Shown: positions 13,671 to 23,759 of the stretch, in pieces
Numbering within the stretch: position 1 is the stretch's first letter
How the letters are laid out: each line of letters begins with the position of its first letter
Virus record (IMG/VR): IMGVR_UViG_3300005758_000132
Span: 45,014 to 109,013 of that record
Length of the DNA stretch: 64,000 nt
Origin: a virus
Reading direction: 5' to 3' (one strand)
Position numbers and translations under genes: made by a program
Notes under the pieces: generated by a model
Seen by the model: only the letters and a program-made list of their open reading frames with translations
Told to the model about the DNA's origin: nothing
The model's database searches: none

Positions 13671-16600
13671 TTATCGTCGACGCGTTACCTTGGAACGCAC
13701 GATGCTACCGGACTTCCAGAACATGGAAACGCCCCGCTCGTCTACCTTTACCCAGGTATTTTCTTCGCCTAGAACCGGCGCGAAACCTACAGGCGGCTTA
13801 GCCATACGAGTGTCCGCCATCAACTTGAGCAAGTCGGGGTACTTGCCGCCGATGAGCATATGGCGCGCGAGCTTGGCCTCAGAGGTGCCGTTGTACTCTT
13901 CGATGAAGCGCTTGAAGGACGCGCGCAAAGCCTCAGTGTCAATCGCGCGCTTAGGCTCGCCGTGCGTCACGTAAGGCAGCACAACGCCACCGCCAGGGGC
14001 CTCTAGCGCGAGCATCATAGCGTTGCTAGCATCCGCCTGTGACCGCCAAGTGCTGCCCTTGCTGACGGGCTCAGATGCCAAATCAGAGTAGTCTCCGTCC
14101 ACAGCGCGTTCCCCAAGCGCTGCGCGAATCTCTCTTTCGTACATAAAGTCGTAGTACCAAAGCTCCGCCTGATTCTCGTAAGAAATCTGCTCGTACTGCA
14201 TACCGACAGCCTTCTTCAGTTTTAGAAGCGCTGTCTCCGTCTCGTCTAGCTCGCGTAGAAACACAAAATGTTTATTTATTCCGCCTAGTTTCGACGTTAC
14301 CTTGGAGTCGTTCTTTAGCTCAGGATGGTTCTTAGGGTCACCTCGATATACCTCTTCAACCGCATACGATCCGCTCAGGATCGTCTCATACTCGCCTGTG
14401 TGAACGCTCAACTTGTCTACCCGTAAGCCTCTAGTAGCGTTCCTGACAATATACAGCGTTGAGGCGTCACCAGTGCCGCCAAACTGTGTTAAAACTTCAG
14501 TTGATGAACTAGAGCCATCGTTCATCGTAACAACTAGCCCAGCGTGCAACGCTTTGACTGAAAACTCGTTTGTCCTCATGTTGCGGTAAAGTTTTTTAGG
14601 TACAGGCACCGCTGCGGGTCGTCTGTTACCTAAAATCTGAAGAACGGCGTTATTGCGATGAACTGAGTCATCCGGAAAGTTAGGTTTGATGTCGATGATG
14701 TATGGCTTGAAATTATTAGCTGCGGCAGTAGTCCCATCCTTCGTTATCTGTCTTTGCGCGTTATAGACATCGCGCACAGCTTGCTCTGATATGTTAGGCG
14801 CAAGTCCTTGCGATTTATGATCTTTGAGCAAGCCGACGTAGTTATAAGCGTCAAAATAGTTATTTCCATTGGCGTGCAGCCAAATGTGCGCACGAGCCAA
14901 CTCTTCCTTGTATTCCATGGTGAACGTCTTCGGATCGCCAAAGTCAGTCGCCAAGTACTTAGCGCCGTCCTTGCCGGTAGCGAATGTAGCGCCTCCGAGT
15001 CCGTTGTCTCCGAGTGCGCTAGACAGCGCTGCGGCGTCCGCCTTTAGCTCGTCCAATAGCGCATTGTTTTTGGCGATGGACACGTTCCACTTTCCAGCAG
15101 TGGGCGACTTCGCCTGTACAGGCGAACTAGGTGCTACCGCTACCGGCTTTCCATAGGACGTACCGTATTGCTGTGTATATGTTTTCTTCAGCTCATCGAT
15201 AGTCTTCTGCATCGCTTCACTGTTGATAATTTGTGACGAGGCAGCGTGAAACTCAGCTATTTTAATCGCGTCCTTTTTCAACTCTTCCGCACACTTGGTG
15301 TAAGCGCTAATCAGACGCTTGTTTGTTAGGCTACCCTTATGCTGAGACCAATCTGAGCTGTCAGGCACATAGAACTCGTCGGAAGGTGGGAGCGCGTCCC
15401 AAGCCTTTCCTGCTTCACCTTTAGGCCGCTGAGATTTCAACTTTTTCACTGCGTCCTCTAGCTTCGCAGAGGCATTGTTTCGATCAGCGGCCGTGGCCAA
15501 GAAGTCTATCTTGCTTGAGTATGGCAACTTTCTAGGACGAAATGCTTTCACATAGCTATCATTGGCAACATATTTGGAAGCGCCGGGGTAGCTTGCCAAG
15601 AGCTGCTGAACCGCGTGCATAGCTGCTGATTTAGACTCTGTCTTTTGCTTCTTGGTAGCACCCCATGAAGTCGTTACTTCTACTGTCTCGTAATTGAGCA
15701 CGTCTAAGTTCGTTGGCGTTACTTCAGAGTCTTGAATTAGACTAAAGTCCTTATTGTCAAGCGCGTCAATGACGGCATTCCAGTCGCTCTTATTGGAATC
15801 CGTCATGTTGATATTCCATGGATACTTGAGACTACCTGACAAATTTTTGTCCTTGGCTATGTTTACTATAACGTCTCCTAAAGAGTACAGTTTTGGAGAG
15901 CCGGGCGCAGTAACCGATAAGTTGGTAACGTCTTTGAACGCGCTACCAACTGCGTGATTAGTTTGAGTGATACCAGTAGGCCCGGAATACGCCGCGCCTG
16001 AACTTGAGCTTGAAGCTATAGAACCTGGTACTTCAAAAAGCTCATGCACGTTAATGGTGGTCTCAGCTTTCGCAGTGAAGCAGTCAGTGATTAACGCCTT
16101 TCCTATAGGCGACTCGTAAAAATTGCTCTCGTATTGGTAGCCGGTAGCCCAGGTGTCGTCAGTAGCCGGCGATTGCTTGAAAGCTGCTTTAACATACGCA
16201 GCACGCTTTTTCAGGAACTCGTCGTAGGAGCTAGCGTGCTTCTCGTATTTTTTGACGAGCATATCAACCATTGTGCTTAGAGCTTCCGCGGCTTTAATCG
16301 TTGCGGCGGCTGCAATAACGGCTTGCTGCTCCGCGGTCAGCTCTATCGGTTTAGCTGCGATCTCTTCTTCGATCTTAGCCGCTTCGACGATGACCTTGGC
16401 GGGCGTTGCGTCTGGAATGATGTCCTTGACAGACTCAGCAGCCTTCGAAGAAACGTCCTTCGCCTTATCGCCCAGAGCCTTCAAGTTCTTGATCTTGGCG
16501 ACTGCGGACTGGAGGTCTGTCTTAGCAAACACCGCTGTGGGCTCGCTTACAGCCTCGTGTCCCTGGTCGAAGATAACATTCTCAGCGTGCCATGCGCCTG

Positions 16601-17240
16601 ACGCGTCCTCGTCAAGCTCGTGTGCTTCGCCGGAGTAGAGCGCTTCTTGATTCGGTTCAATCTTCCAACGCGACATGAGCGCTTGCAGGATCTCCTGCGG
16701 CACGTTGCTCGCGCTGTCGATGCTACCGTCAGCCTTGACGCGCATAAGCGAGTAGGTACCCGACACGTCACCGGGCATGACCTTGAACTTGGCCTGATGG
16801 TCAAGAGACGCGAACACCTTGTTGAACACGGAGTCTTCAAGCGCTGGGTCCGTTGGGTCCCAGTTATCTGCCTTGACCTTGACGATTTCGTACTGGTTGC
16901 CGTCAGCGTCGCCAAGCACAGCGATATTCGAGGTTTTACCGTGTATCGATTGCTCTAGGTTAACAATAATCTCGTGCCAAAGCGCCGCTTTATTACCGAA
17001 AAACTCTTTTAGCGCGTCATAGCTGGCACCTTTCACGTTATAACCAAGCTCGGTCAACAGCTTTCGCGCGTGTAACTCTAAGTACGACGTGCCGTGCTTC
17101 TCTAAAGACTCAGTTACCTTTTTCTGAAAGTCAGGATCAGGATACCAGTACAGGGTTTTCTTGCCCGTCTTCTTAAACCAGCCGTGCGAACGACTGCCTG
17201 GGATGGGCATGTATCCTGGAGGGGGCTTCTGAGGTTGCAT
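13671..17240 (-). CDS. Large virion-associated protein with R-S-E type ADP-ribosyltransferase domain
   Basis: 1189 aa between terminase region and portal; LYRNM...GSSSS...GEYETIL at about 14250-14600. Confidence 0.65.
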   Translation of the reverse strand: MQPQKPPPGYMPIPGSRSHGWFKKTGKKTLYWYPDPDFQKKVTESLEKHGTSYLELHARKLLTELGYNVKGASYDALKEFFGNKAALWHEIIVNLEQSIHGKTSNIAVLGDADGNQYEIVKVKADNWDPTDPALEDSVFNKVFASLDHQAKFKVMPGDVSGTYSLMRVKADGSIDSASNVPQEILQALMSRWKIEPNQEALYSGEAHELDEDASGAWHAENVIFDQGHEAVSEPTAVFAKTDLQSAVAKIKNLKALGDKAKDVSSKAAESVKDIIPDATPAKVIVEAAKIEEEIAAKPIELTAEQQAVIAAAATIKAAEALSTMVDMLVKKYEKHASSYDEFLKKRAAYVKAAFKQSPATDDTWATGYQYESNFYESPIGKALITDCFTAKAETTINVHELFEVPGSIASSSSSGAAYSGPTGITQTNHAVGSAFKDVTNLSVTAPGSPKLYSLGDVIVNIAKDKNLSGSLKYPWNINMTDSNKSDWNAVIDALDNKDFSLIQDSEVTPTNLDVLNYETVEVTTSWGATKKQKTESKSAAMHAVQQLLASYPGASKYVANDSYVKAFRPRKLPYSSKIDFLATAADRNNASAKLEDAVKKLKSQRPKGEAGKAWDALPPSDEFYVPDSSDWSQHKGSLTNKRLISAYTKCAEELKKDAIKIAEFHAASSQIINSEAMQKTIDELKKTYTQQYGTSYGKPVAVAPSSPVQAKSPTAGKWNVSIAKNNALLDELKADAAALSSALGDNGLGGATFATGKDGAKYLATDFGDPKTFTMEYKEELARAHIWLHANGNNYFDAYNYVGLLKDHKSQGLAPNISEQAVRDVYNAQRQITKDGTTAAANNFKPYIIDIKPNFPDDSVHRNNAVLQILGNRRPAAVPVPKKLYRNMRTNEFSVKALHAGLVVTMNDGSSSSTEVLTQFGGTGDASTLYIVRNATRGLRVDKLSVHTGEYETILSGSYAVEEVYRGDPKNHPELKNDSKVTSKLGGINKHFVFLRELDETETALLKLKKAVGMQYEQISYENQAELWYYDFMYEREIRAALGERAVDGDYSDLASEPVSKGSTWRSQADASNAMMLALEAPGGGVVLPYVTHGEPKRAIDTEALRASFKRFIEEYNGTSEAKLARHMLIGGKYPDLLKLMADTRMAKPPVGFAPVLGEENTWVKVDERGVSMFWKSGSIVRSKVTRRR

Positions 17241-17262
17241 AGTGGTCGCGCTCCTTGGCCGA

Positions 17263-17291
17263 AAGGTACTCGTGCGGTTTTACAATGGCAA
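17263..17291 (-). promoter_or_regulatory. Putative sigma70-type promoter (TTGCCA-N17-TACCTT) overlapped by an inverted repeat
   Basis: 17-nt spacer, upstream of AAGGAG SD of the ART gene. Confidence 0.4.
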
Positions 17292-17319
17292 GTTGTAGAG
17301 ACCGCACGGCTTATCGGTA

Positions 17320-18021
17320 TCAAATACCCAGCTCATCAACGAACAGCGAGAAACGCTCTCCGATAGTGATAGCCGCCGGGTACTTTGACTTGAGATGCTT
17401 CACGAGCCGATGGAACTTTTCCTGCTGCGTCTCAGTGTCGAAAACAACGTTGTACTGAATGACTGGCGGCGGAGTGTCCAAGCTAGCGCTGAGCTCGTCT
17501 TTTCCGGCGTCCTCTGGCTTTAGCTTTTCCTTGGACGGCTTGATATCCTCCGCGAGGACGTCAGCTGTCGAAAACGCGGCGATCAGCTCGTCAAGCCTCA
17601 CGTCGACTAAAACGTCTGTGTCAAAGGTTGACGATCCTTGAAGCTCGCCTAGAAGCTCCTCTAGCTTGCTATCATCCCAGGTTCCCTGGATAGCAGGATT
17701 GTTGAGCGTTAGATTAGCGGCTCGCTCCTGCTCCTCGTCGAAGTCAACCACCTTGACCTCGACCTCTTTCTCCCCGAGCGCTTTGAGCGCTTCGAGCCGC
17801 TGGTGGCCGCCGACCACTCTGCCCGTTCGGATATTCCATACGATGGGCTGCATCTCTCCAAACACAGCCAATGAATTCTGGAGACCCTCTAGCGCGTGCT
17901 TAGTGATCTTTCGCGGGTTGTAGTCCGCTGGGATGAGATCGTCGATATCGATGACCCTAGAAGGCCAGCGCTTTACGAGGTTTGAAATAGGTTGTTGCGG
18001 CTGCTTTTTACCCTTAGGCAT
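17320..18021 (-). CDS. ParB/Srx N-terminal domain protein
   Basis: YNPRKI, FGEMQPIVWN, VVGGHQRL; start reassigned to ATG 18021 (AGGAG SD). Confidence 0.85.
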   Translation of the reverse strand: MPKGKKQPQQPISNLVKRWPSRVIDIDDLIPADYNPRKITKHALEGLQNSLAVFGEMQPIVWNIRTGRVVGGHQRLEALKALGEKEVEVKVVDFDEEQERAANLTLNNPAIQGTWDDSKLEELLGELQGSSTFDTDVLVDVRLDELIAAFSTADVLAEDIKPSKEKLKPEDAGKDELSASLDTPPPVIQYNVVFDTETQQEKFHRLVKHLKSKYPAAITIGERFSLFVDELGI

Positions 18022-18038
18022 ACTAATTCTCCTGATAA

Positions 18039-20018
18039 TTACTGAGCGAGCCAATCGTTCAGCTCGTCCCACACCTGAACCTCGCGCACCTGCTCACGCT
18101 CTACCGCACGCTGCGCGATTCCGTCGTTGCGTACCTTAGCCGCGCGCTGCTCGTATTGCTCCGCGTCTTCATCGACTTTTCGCACGGGCTTCTGATCTAT
18201 CGTCTCCGTAATCAGCGCGGTCATAGCGGTATTCATCGGCACGATATCTGCGAGACCGAAATGACGCTCGCCTAGTCGACGTCTACAACCGTCCCACGCC
18301 ATGTAGACGCTCATTGCTCGGTCGCCAGTGTGTACGCTTGGATCAGGCGAGTAATGCAGCAGGTCCTGAATCCAGGCCTCTACCTCGTGGTGCACCTCGC
18401 GATAGTCGCCGCAAGGTATCGACCAGAGCTTAGCCTTCATCTCTACGCCGATGCCCTCAATACCCCACTTCGGGTTGTGCTTGTCGCCCGTAGTCGTGAA
18501 CGGAACAACCTTACGCCGCAGGTCTGGCGGGAAGGTCAGACCAAAGCCGGAGAGATCGCCCTTTAGCGCGCGCGAAATAACTACCTGCGCGCCGTTGCTC
18601 TCGACGAAAATAAATCGCGGATTCCACTGCTCGTTCGCTAGCACGATATTGCTGAGCAAATCGTCGAGCATCCAGCGCCCCGACTTTATCTGTATCAGCT
18701 CTACCCTACCGACACTGTCCACCGCGATCACGCTGATAGCAGAGCGGTCACCACGCTTCTCGATATCTGCGAACGCCAAGTCTACCCCCACGTAGAACGC
18801 GCGCTCGTCGTTTTCTAGGCGCTCTGAACGCATCAGGGCTACCCGGTGCTCATCCACCATGCCAGCGAGCCTGGGGACCTTACAGCCATCAAACCACTCG
18901 CGCTTGAAGCGCGATGTAGCGTCAGACGTGGTGAGGCACTCGAACGCGCGCGCAGCTTCCGCGGGTGGAAGACTTGCGTAAGCCCTATCGAGCTTCTCCT
19001 GCGTCCATACCTCTGGCCATGTAGTCTTTCCGTTGTGGTCACGCAGCGGAAAGCGCGCGCTCACCCATCCGTCAGCAGACTTCTCAGCGCTGAGCGCTTT
19101 CTTGTATACCTCACTAGCCTCCGGCTTCTCGCTACGTAGCTCTCCCGTGTTTTTAGCCGCCTCTTCGAGCGACGCTGCGTCAGCCAGCGCTTCGTTCATT
19201 GAACCGGACGCGATGACGTGCATAGCGTCCTCCGGGTGCCACGCGTTCCCCATGAGGATCGCGATGTTGACCTTTGAGCCGAACAAACGGGTGAGCAGCG
19301 TCGTCAAAATCCACTGGAGCGTTTTCTCGCGCTGGTCTTGCGTACGCGTGTTAGCAAACGTCAGCACGTCATCAACCAGCACTACGTCGAGACGAGCGCC
19401 GAGGATATTACCGAACAGGCCGCATGACTGGAAGCTCGGATCGCGCGCGGTAGATTGTCTGTCGACTGTGATCGCGTGCGTATTCCAGACCGTGCCTTGA
19501 CGACGGCTCTTTATCAGGTGCGGAAACACCTGATGCAGCTCGTCATACCCAGGGGTATGGGGATCGTCGACGTAGGCGCCTACAGTGCGGACGGACTTCT
19601 TCGCTAGTCCGTCCGTGGCTTGGACGATGGCGATATGCAGGTCAGGGTTTCGGCCTAACAACCAGAGCGGATACCCGACTGAGAACTGCAACGACTTGCC
19701 AGTACCCGGCGAGCCCCACATGACGACGCGGTTATTACCGCGCACGAGGCTGTGCATAGCCTCGTGGAAAGGCGCCTGAGCGATAGCCTTACCGCCGTCA
19801 CCTTCTGCCTTCAGCACGTACTCGCAGAAAGTGGACGACTCGTACCTAGCCATGACCATACGCGCAGCCTTTGCAGCGCGAGCTTGCCGAACCAGCGCGT
19901 CAGCGAATAGCGGGTTGTTCTTAGCCTTCGACGCCATGTTTACCAGGCCGCCGAGGCTTAGATCATCGCTGGACTTTAGTACGCGTATGAGGTCTTCATC
20001 GAACATTAGCCACCCCAT
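18039..20018 (-). CDS. Terminase large subunit
   Basis: Walker A GSPGTGKS, Walker B VLVDD, GNAWHPED coupling motif, nuclease VGVDLA...GD. Confidence 0.9.
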   Translation of the reverse strand: MGWLMFDEDLIRVLKSSDDLSLGGLVNMASKAKNNPLFADALVRQARAAKAARMVMARYESSTFCEYVLKAEGDGGKAIAQAPFHEAMHSLVRGNNRVVMWGSPGTGKSLQFSVGYPLWLLGRNPDLHIAIVQATDGLAKKSVRTVGAYVDDPHTPGYDELHQVFPHLIKSRRQGTVWNTHAITVDRQSTARDPSFQSCGLFGNILGARLDVVLVDDVLTFANTRTQDQREKTLQWILTTLLTRLFGSKVNIAILMGNAWHPEDAMHVIASGSMNEALADAASLEEAAKNTGELRSEKPEASEVYKKALSAEKSADGWVSARFPLRDHNGKTTWPEVWTQEKLDRAYASLPPAEAARAFECLTTSDATSRFKREWFDGCKVPRLAGMVDEHRVALMRSERLENDERAFYVGVDLAFADIEKRGDRSAISVIAVDSVGRVELIQIKSGRWMLDDLLSNIVLANEQWNPRFIFVESNGAQVVISRALKGDLSGFGLTFPPDLRRKVVPFTTTGDKHNPKWGIEGIGVEMKAKLWSIPCGDYREVHHEVEAWIQDLLHYSPDPSVHTGDRAMSVYMAWDGCRRRLGERHFGLADIVPMNTAMTALITETIDQKPVRKVDEDAEQYEQRAAKVRNDGIAQRAVEREQVREVQVWDELNDWLAQ

Positions 20019-20068
20019 GGAGTGGGATCAGCTATATCCGAGGAGTGGTGGCCCGCGCCACCTATATC

Positions 20069-21415
20069 TCACGCCTTAACGAGCCTGAGACGAGACGCTA
20101 GATAACGAGTCATCGTGAGGCTTGGAGTCTTCCACTGCGCGTCAACGCTGGCTAGCATATCGACCACGCTTGGGTCGTCGTTCACTAGCGCCTCGAAAAA
20201 TAATGCCCGCACGTTTTCCGCTGCCATGATTATCTGCTCGACGTGACCTTCAAAGCGCTTGAGGAACTTGCGCAGCTCGTCAGGCGCATCCACGTCACTG
20301 GGGCGCGCGTGTGACTGTATTGGTATCACCGTGTCATGTACCTCGTGACGCTCTGTAGCCTTGTAGGACGTCCGGCATACCGCATAGGAGTAGTGCAGCC
20401 TGAAGTCTATCGCGTCAATCAGCAAAAGGATATTGACGCCCAGGAACGACGCGTTGCCTGAGTAATACGCGTTTTCGGAGTAATACGCGTTTTCGCCGAT
20501 ATGAAGCGGCGTCGAAAAGCAGAGCGGGTTATTTGAAAAGTTTGACTTGTGAGACTTGCTGACGAGTGTTTTCGGTAGATACGTTTTCACGTTATGTATG
20601 ATCGCAGCGTTCAAGTCGTGCATCGTAGCAGCTCCGCGCTTGAACTCTGATACCGCGTCATCTGCGGCGGTTTCCGCACATCTGATGGAGCCCGTTACGC
20701 TGTAGAGCAGTGACGTTGCCGTGAACTCTAGCTCGCCGTCTAGCCAAAGCTGGCGCCGCGTGTCGCGTTTAACTTGGGCCAGCATGGGCGTTGCCGCGTC
20801 GAAGAATTTTCGGTCAGCGTCAATATCGTGTCGGTCTATGCCTTGCCGGATCTTAATCAGCCCAAACACGTCGACCAACATGCTGATGGTGCCGTGCGTC
20901 AATTCATCGTTGACCGGTTGCCAGTGTCTAGTGCCGTCAGGCGCGCAGCGTGAAGCAAGGCTCGCCATAGTATCCGCAACCTCGTTGTACACCTCTCCAC
21001 GGTGTCCTCGAACGTGGAGAAAGCACACTGACGAAAACGCGGCTACAACCTGTCGGATGCTGATAACTAGCGCGTGATTGCTCGCTACGCTGTAATTGCC
21101 GGAGATGACTCCTAGCGCGTAAGTCGAGTCGCTGATGATATCCAGGTCGATATTAGTACCAATCGCGTTGCGCAGCATTTTTAGGCCGTAGAGAATGGCC
21201 TTCAGCTCTGCGACGTTGTTTGTGACCGCGCCCTCACTATCGTTTGGGTCCATGTGCGTGTGCGGTATAATGCCGCCAACGGCTATCGCTGGTGTGCCTG
21301 CCGGCGTGACAACGCACACGCCCCAGCCTGATTGCGCTCGCTTTTTGCTATGCGCGCCATCGCAATAAAGCGCCCACGTACCTTCTCGACGCCACGCGGT
21401 CTGCGCCGGTATCAA
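20069..21415 (-). CDS. RNase HI domain fused to unknown C-terminal region
   Basis: YCDGA, TNNVAEL, SDSTY, HVRGH..NEVAD: full RNase HI catalytic set. Confidence 0.85.
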   Translation of the reverse strand: MIPAQTAWRREGTWALYCDGAHSKKRAQSGWGVCVVTPAGTPAIAVGGIIPHTHMDPNDSEGAVTNNVAELKAILYGLKMLRNAIGTNIDLDIISDSTYALGVISGNYSVASNHALVISIRQVVAAFSSVCFLHVRGHRGEVYNEVADTMASLASRCAPDGTRHWQPVNDELTHGTISMLVDVFGLIKIRQGIDRHDIDADRKFFDAATPMLAQVKRDTRRQLWLDGELEFTATSLLYSVTGSIRCAETAADDAVSEFKRGAATMHDLNAAIIHNVKTYLPKTLVSKSHKSNFSNNPLCFSTPLHIGENAYYSENAYYSGNASFLGVNILLLIDAIDFRLHYSYAVCRTSYKATERHEVHDTVIPIQSHARPSDVDAPDELRKFLKRFEGHVEQIIMAAENVRALFFEALVNDDPSVVDMLASVDAQWKTPSLTMTRYLASRLRLVKA

Positions 21416-21687
21416 AGAGCGTCTCCGGTGTCGGCAAATAGCTCTAGTTGCCGGTGCGCGCTGCTGCTCTCTGCAAGCGCTCGCGCCACTCGCATGAACG
21501 CGAAGCCAAGGTTTGCGCAGTCAGTAGCGTCTAGCGTGAACTTCCTCACGTCTCCGTCTTCATCGTATTTTCGACCGCGCAGGCAGTCTCCATCCACGCC
21601 TGTCGTAAGCGCGAGTCCAAGCACCTTGTTTATCGTATCTAGCGCGTCATTAGCCATGATCCACCCCTCCTGTTGCTCGCCAGTCAC
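21412..21687 (-). CDS. Hypothetical protein
   Basis: Coupled overlaps on both sides. Confidence 0.55.
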   Translation of the reverse strand: MTGEQQEGWIMANDALDTINKVLGLALTTGVDGDCLRGRKYDEDGDVRKFTLDATDCANLGFAFMRVARALAESSSAHRQLELFADTGDAL

Positions 21688-21950
21688 TGCCCGCGACTAG
21701 TGATAGCGCTGGTCTCAAGACCGATATTTTTGACGCTCCACGCATCAGCGGCTGAGTCAAAACACAAATCAGCTATCACAAGCGCTTCCACGTAGAACGC
21801 CATTCGCGCAATAGCCAGGTGATCGCTGTCTGATATTTGCACGCACACGTCTGCCGCGTACGGCGTCTCGCGAATAATGGCCGTCAGGCGATCCAAGTCC
21901 AGCTTACGGATCAAGCCCGTTACACGTCTATGCTCGTCAGTCACAATCAT
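21684..21950 (-). CDS. Hypothetical protein
   Basis: GGAGGGGAG SD, coupled. Confidence 0.55.
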   Translation of the reverse strand: MIVTDEHRRVTGLIRKLDLDRLTAIIRETPYAADVCVQISDSDHLAIARMAFYVEALVIADLCFDSAADAWSVKNIGLETSAITSRGQ

Positions 21951-22317
21951 ACTCCCCTCCGATTACGGCTGCGGCCGCCGATACTGCTGAAGAGTATCGC
22001 GTTTGGCGCGACAGCGACGGAGACGCGATCACCCACAGCTTCTCACCACCGTCGTATAGACATCTCGGAGACCAGTCAGGATCCTTCAGTATCGACCGAG
22101 CCAACGCGATGACGCAGCCTACCGTTGCCGGGTGCGATAGGTCTGGAAGCTCTGAGGGCTGCTTTAGTCGCAGCAGGCCGCGCTCGTAGACGGTCACCAT
22201 CTCGTGATTGCACGCGACAACGACGCCGGGTGAAAGCACGCCGTGGGTAACCATGCCGACGGTCCAACGCCAATTCTTAGATGCTACGAGTTGTTTAGCA
22301 AGCAAAACTTCCTCCAT
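21937..22317 (-). CDS. Hypothetical phage protein, paralog of 27954..28403
   Basis: WRW..GM...PD...PAT.GC motif shared. Confidence 0.65.
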   Translation of the reverse strand: MEEVLLAKQLVASKNWRWTVGMVTHGVLSPGVVVACNHEMVTVYERGLLRLKQPSELPDLSHPATVGCVIALARSILKDPDWSPRCLYDGGEKLWVIASPSLSRQTRYSSAVSAAAAVIGGEYDCD

Positions 22318-22333
22318 TCCAAACAGGTAGCGA

Positions 22334-22960
22334 TTAAGAAAGCTCTATCGCAGCGTCAAGAAAACTAAAAACGACGTGCTCTTTAGGTAGGCACAGGCTT
22401 TTATACGTATCGCGGAGCATTTTAAGCATCCCAGATAGTCCGGCGAACGACTCGCGGTTGCTGCGCATACTGTCCAGGTTGCGCGCGTAAAGCGCTTCTA
22501 GCTCGCGCTTGGCTTGGTCGCCCAGTATTGCTAGCCCACCGATCTCAACCAGCCTGTGGAGGCGCAGGCTGTTCTCTATGATACCGCCGTCCGCAGGCTT
22601 AACATCTAGCACGTCGCTGAGCGACATATCGTGCTCGGCGGCAGCTGCGACAAGCTGTCCTTCGCGGCTGTAGAAGTCTTTGAGCAGGCTAGTGCGAGCC
22701 CTTGCGTCTTGGTCTCGCAGATATGCGTGCTCTAGTAAGCCAAGAACGCAGCAAGCGTCTAGCAGCGTCAACGTGTCTACCGCGGTAGCGCCTTTGAGCA
22801 TGGCAGACGCAGTGCCGGCGGTTGCGGTTAGTTCAGACGCTATCTCGTCAATGTACGGTTTCATTGCCTCTCGCAGCCTAACGGTTTCAGCGGCGGACGT
22901 AGCGTCCTCAAATTCCACAAGCGTCCATGTTGGACACTTGTCCTTCAGGCAATACGTCAT
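22334..22960 (-). CDS. Hypothetical protein
   Basis: 208 aa helical ORF in operon orientation. Confidence 0.6.
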   Translation of the reverse strand: MTYCLKDKCPTWTLVEFEDATSAAETVRLREAMKPYIDEIASELTATAGTASAMLKGATAVDTLTLLDACCVLGLLEHAYLRDQDARARTSLLKDFYSREGQLVAAAAEHDMSLSDVLDVKPADGGIIENSLRLHRLVEIGGLAILGDQAKRELEALYARNLDSMRSNRESFAGLSGMLKMLRDTYKSLCLPKEHVVFSFLDAAIELS

Positions 22961-23086
22961 GCTTGTCGTTCATGAAAAAATAAGAATCTTCAGTATAGCA
23001 ACTGAGAAAGCAAACACAGGGGGAAAGGTGAGGATAGATAGAAATGTCCACATGTCATCATCCTACTCGAACCCGTCCTGAATGTA

Positions 23087-23320
23087 TCAGAACAAGTCGA
23101 TGAGTTTGTGCTTCTTGAGCTCGCCCTCGACCTCCTGAAACAGGAATTTGTCGAACGGGTAGCCGAGGCCGTGACCGCTAAACCAGCCGGTCACGGACTG
23201 ACCTGGCGTGCGGCCGACGTAGTTGAACTGGGCGCCGTGCGACTTGGCAACGGCGTCCAGCTTCTCAATCTCTCCCACGGTCAGGAGCGTCCGGGTGTGC
23301 AAGAACATGAACTCGCTCAT
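23087..23320 (-). CDS. Hypothetical protein
   Basis: ATGA-coupled small ORF. Confidence 0.6.
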   Translation of the reverse strand: MSEFMFLHTRTLLTVGEIEKLDAVAKSHGAQFNYVGRTPGQSVTGWFSGHGLGYPFDKFLFQEVEGELKKHKLIDLF

Positions 23321-23547
23321 GCGTTCCCCCCGTCCTTCTCTTGGCTCGCCTCAGCGACCTTGCGTGCCCAGAAGCTGAGCTTCACAGACAAGCTCTGAAC
23401 GTTGGTCAGTGTGGCTTCAAGCTGCCCAGCCGTCCACCAGTCCTGCGAGGTCCAGTGAGACGCGTTCTGCACGCGTGTGTCCTGAATATACTTGTCGATT
23501 GCGTCGATGGACGCACGCAACGATTCCAAATGAGCTTCGATATTCAT
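23317..23547 (-). CDS. Hypothetical protein
   Basis: GGAGG SD, coupled. Confidence 0.6.
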   Translation of the reverse strand: MNIEAHLESLRASIDAIDKYIQDTRVQNASHWTSQDWWTAGQLEATLTNVQSLSVKLSFWARKVAEASQEKDGGNA

Positions 23548-23756
23548 CAGTAATCTCCTCCACGGTTTCCGCGCGGGCCACCAATTGGGTTACCATGCTC
23601 GTCCGTCAGCCAGTGGCGTGAGGAGGAGTCGTAATCTCGAAAGAACTCCACGTCACGCTGAGGGACGCGCGGCACGATGCTGCGGGGCTGGTAGCCCTCG
23701 CTGCCGTCCTCTCTGAGATGGTTGGGAAGGGGGTTGCGGTAAGTCTTGTCAGCCAT
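23547..23756 (-). CDS. Hypothetical protein
   Basis: Small ORF tiling the operon. Confidence 0.5.
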   Translation of the reverse strand: MADKTYRNPLPNHLREDGSEGYQPRSIVPRVPQRDVEFFRDYDSSSRHWLTDEHGNPIGGPRGNRGGDY

Positions 23757-23759
23757 GAG

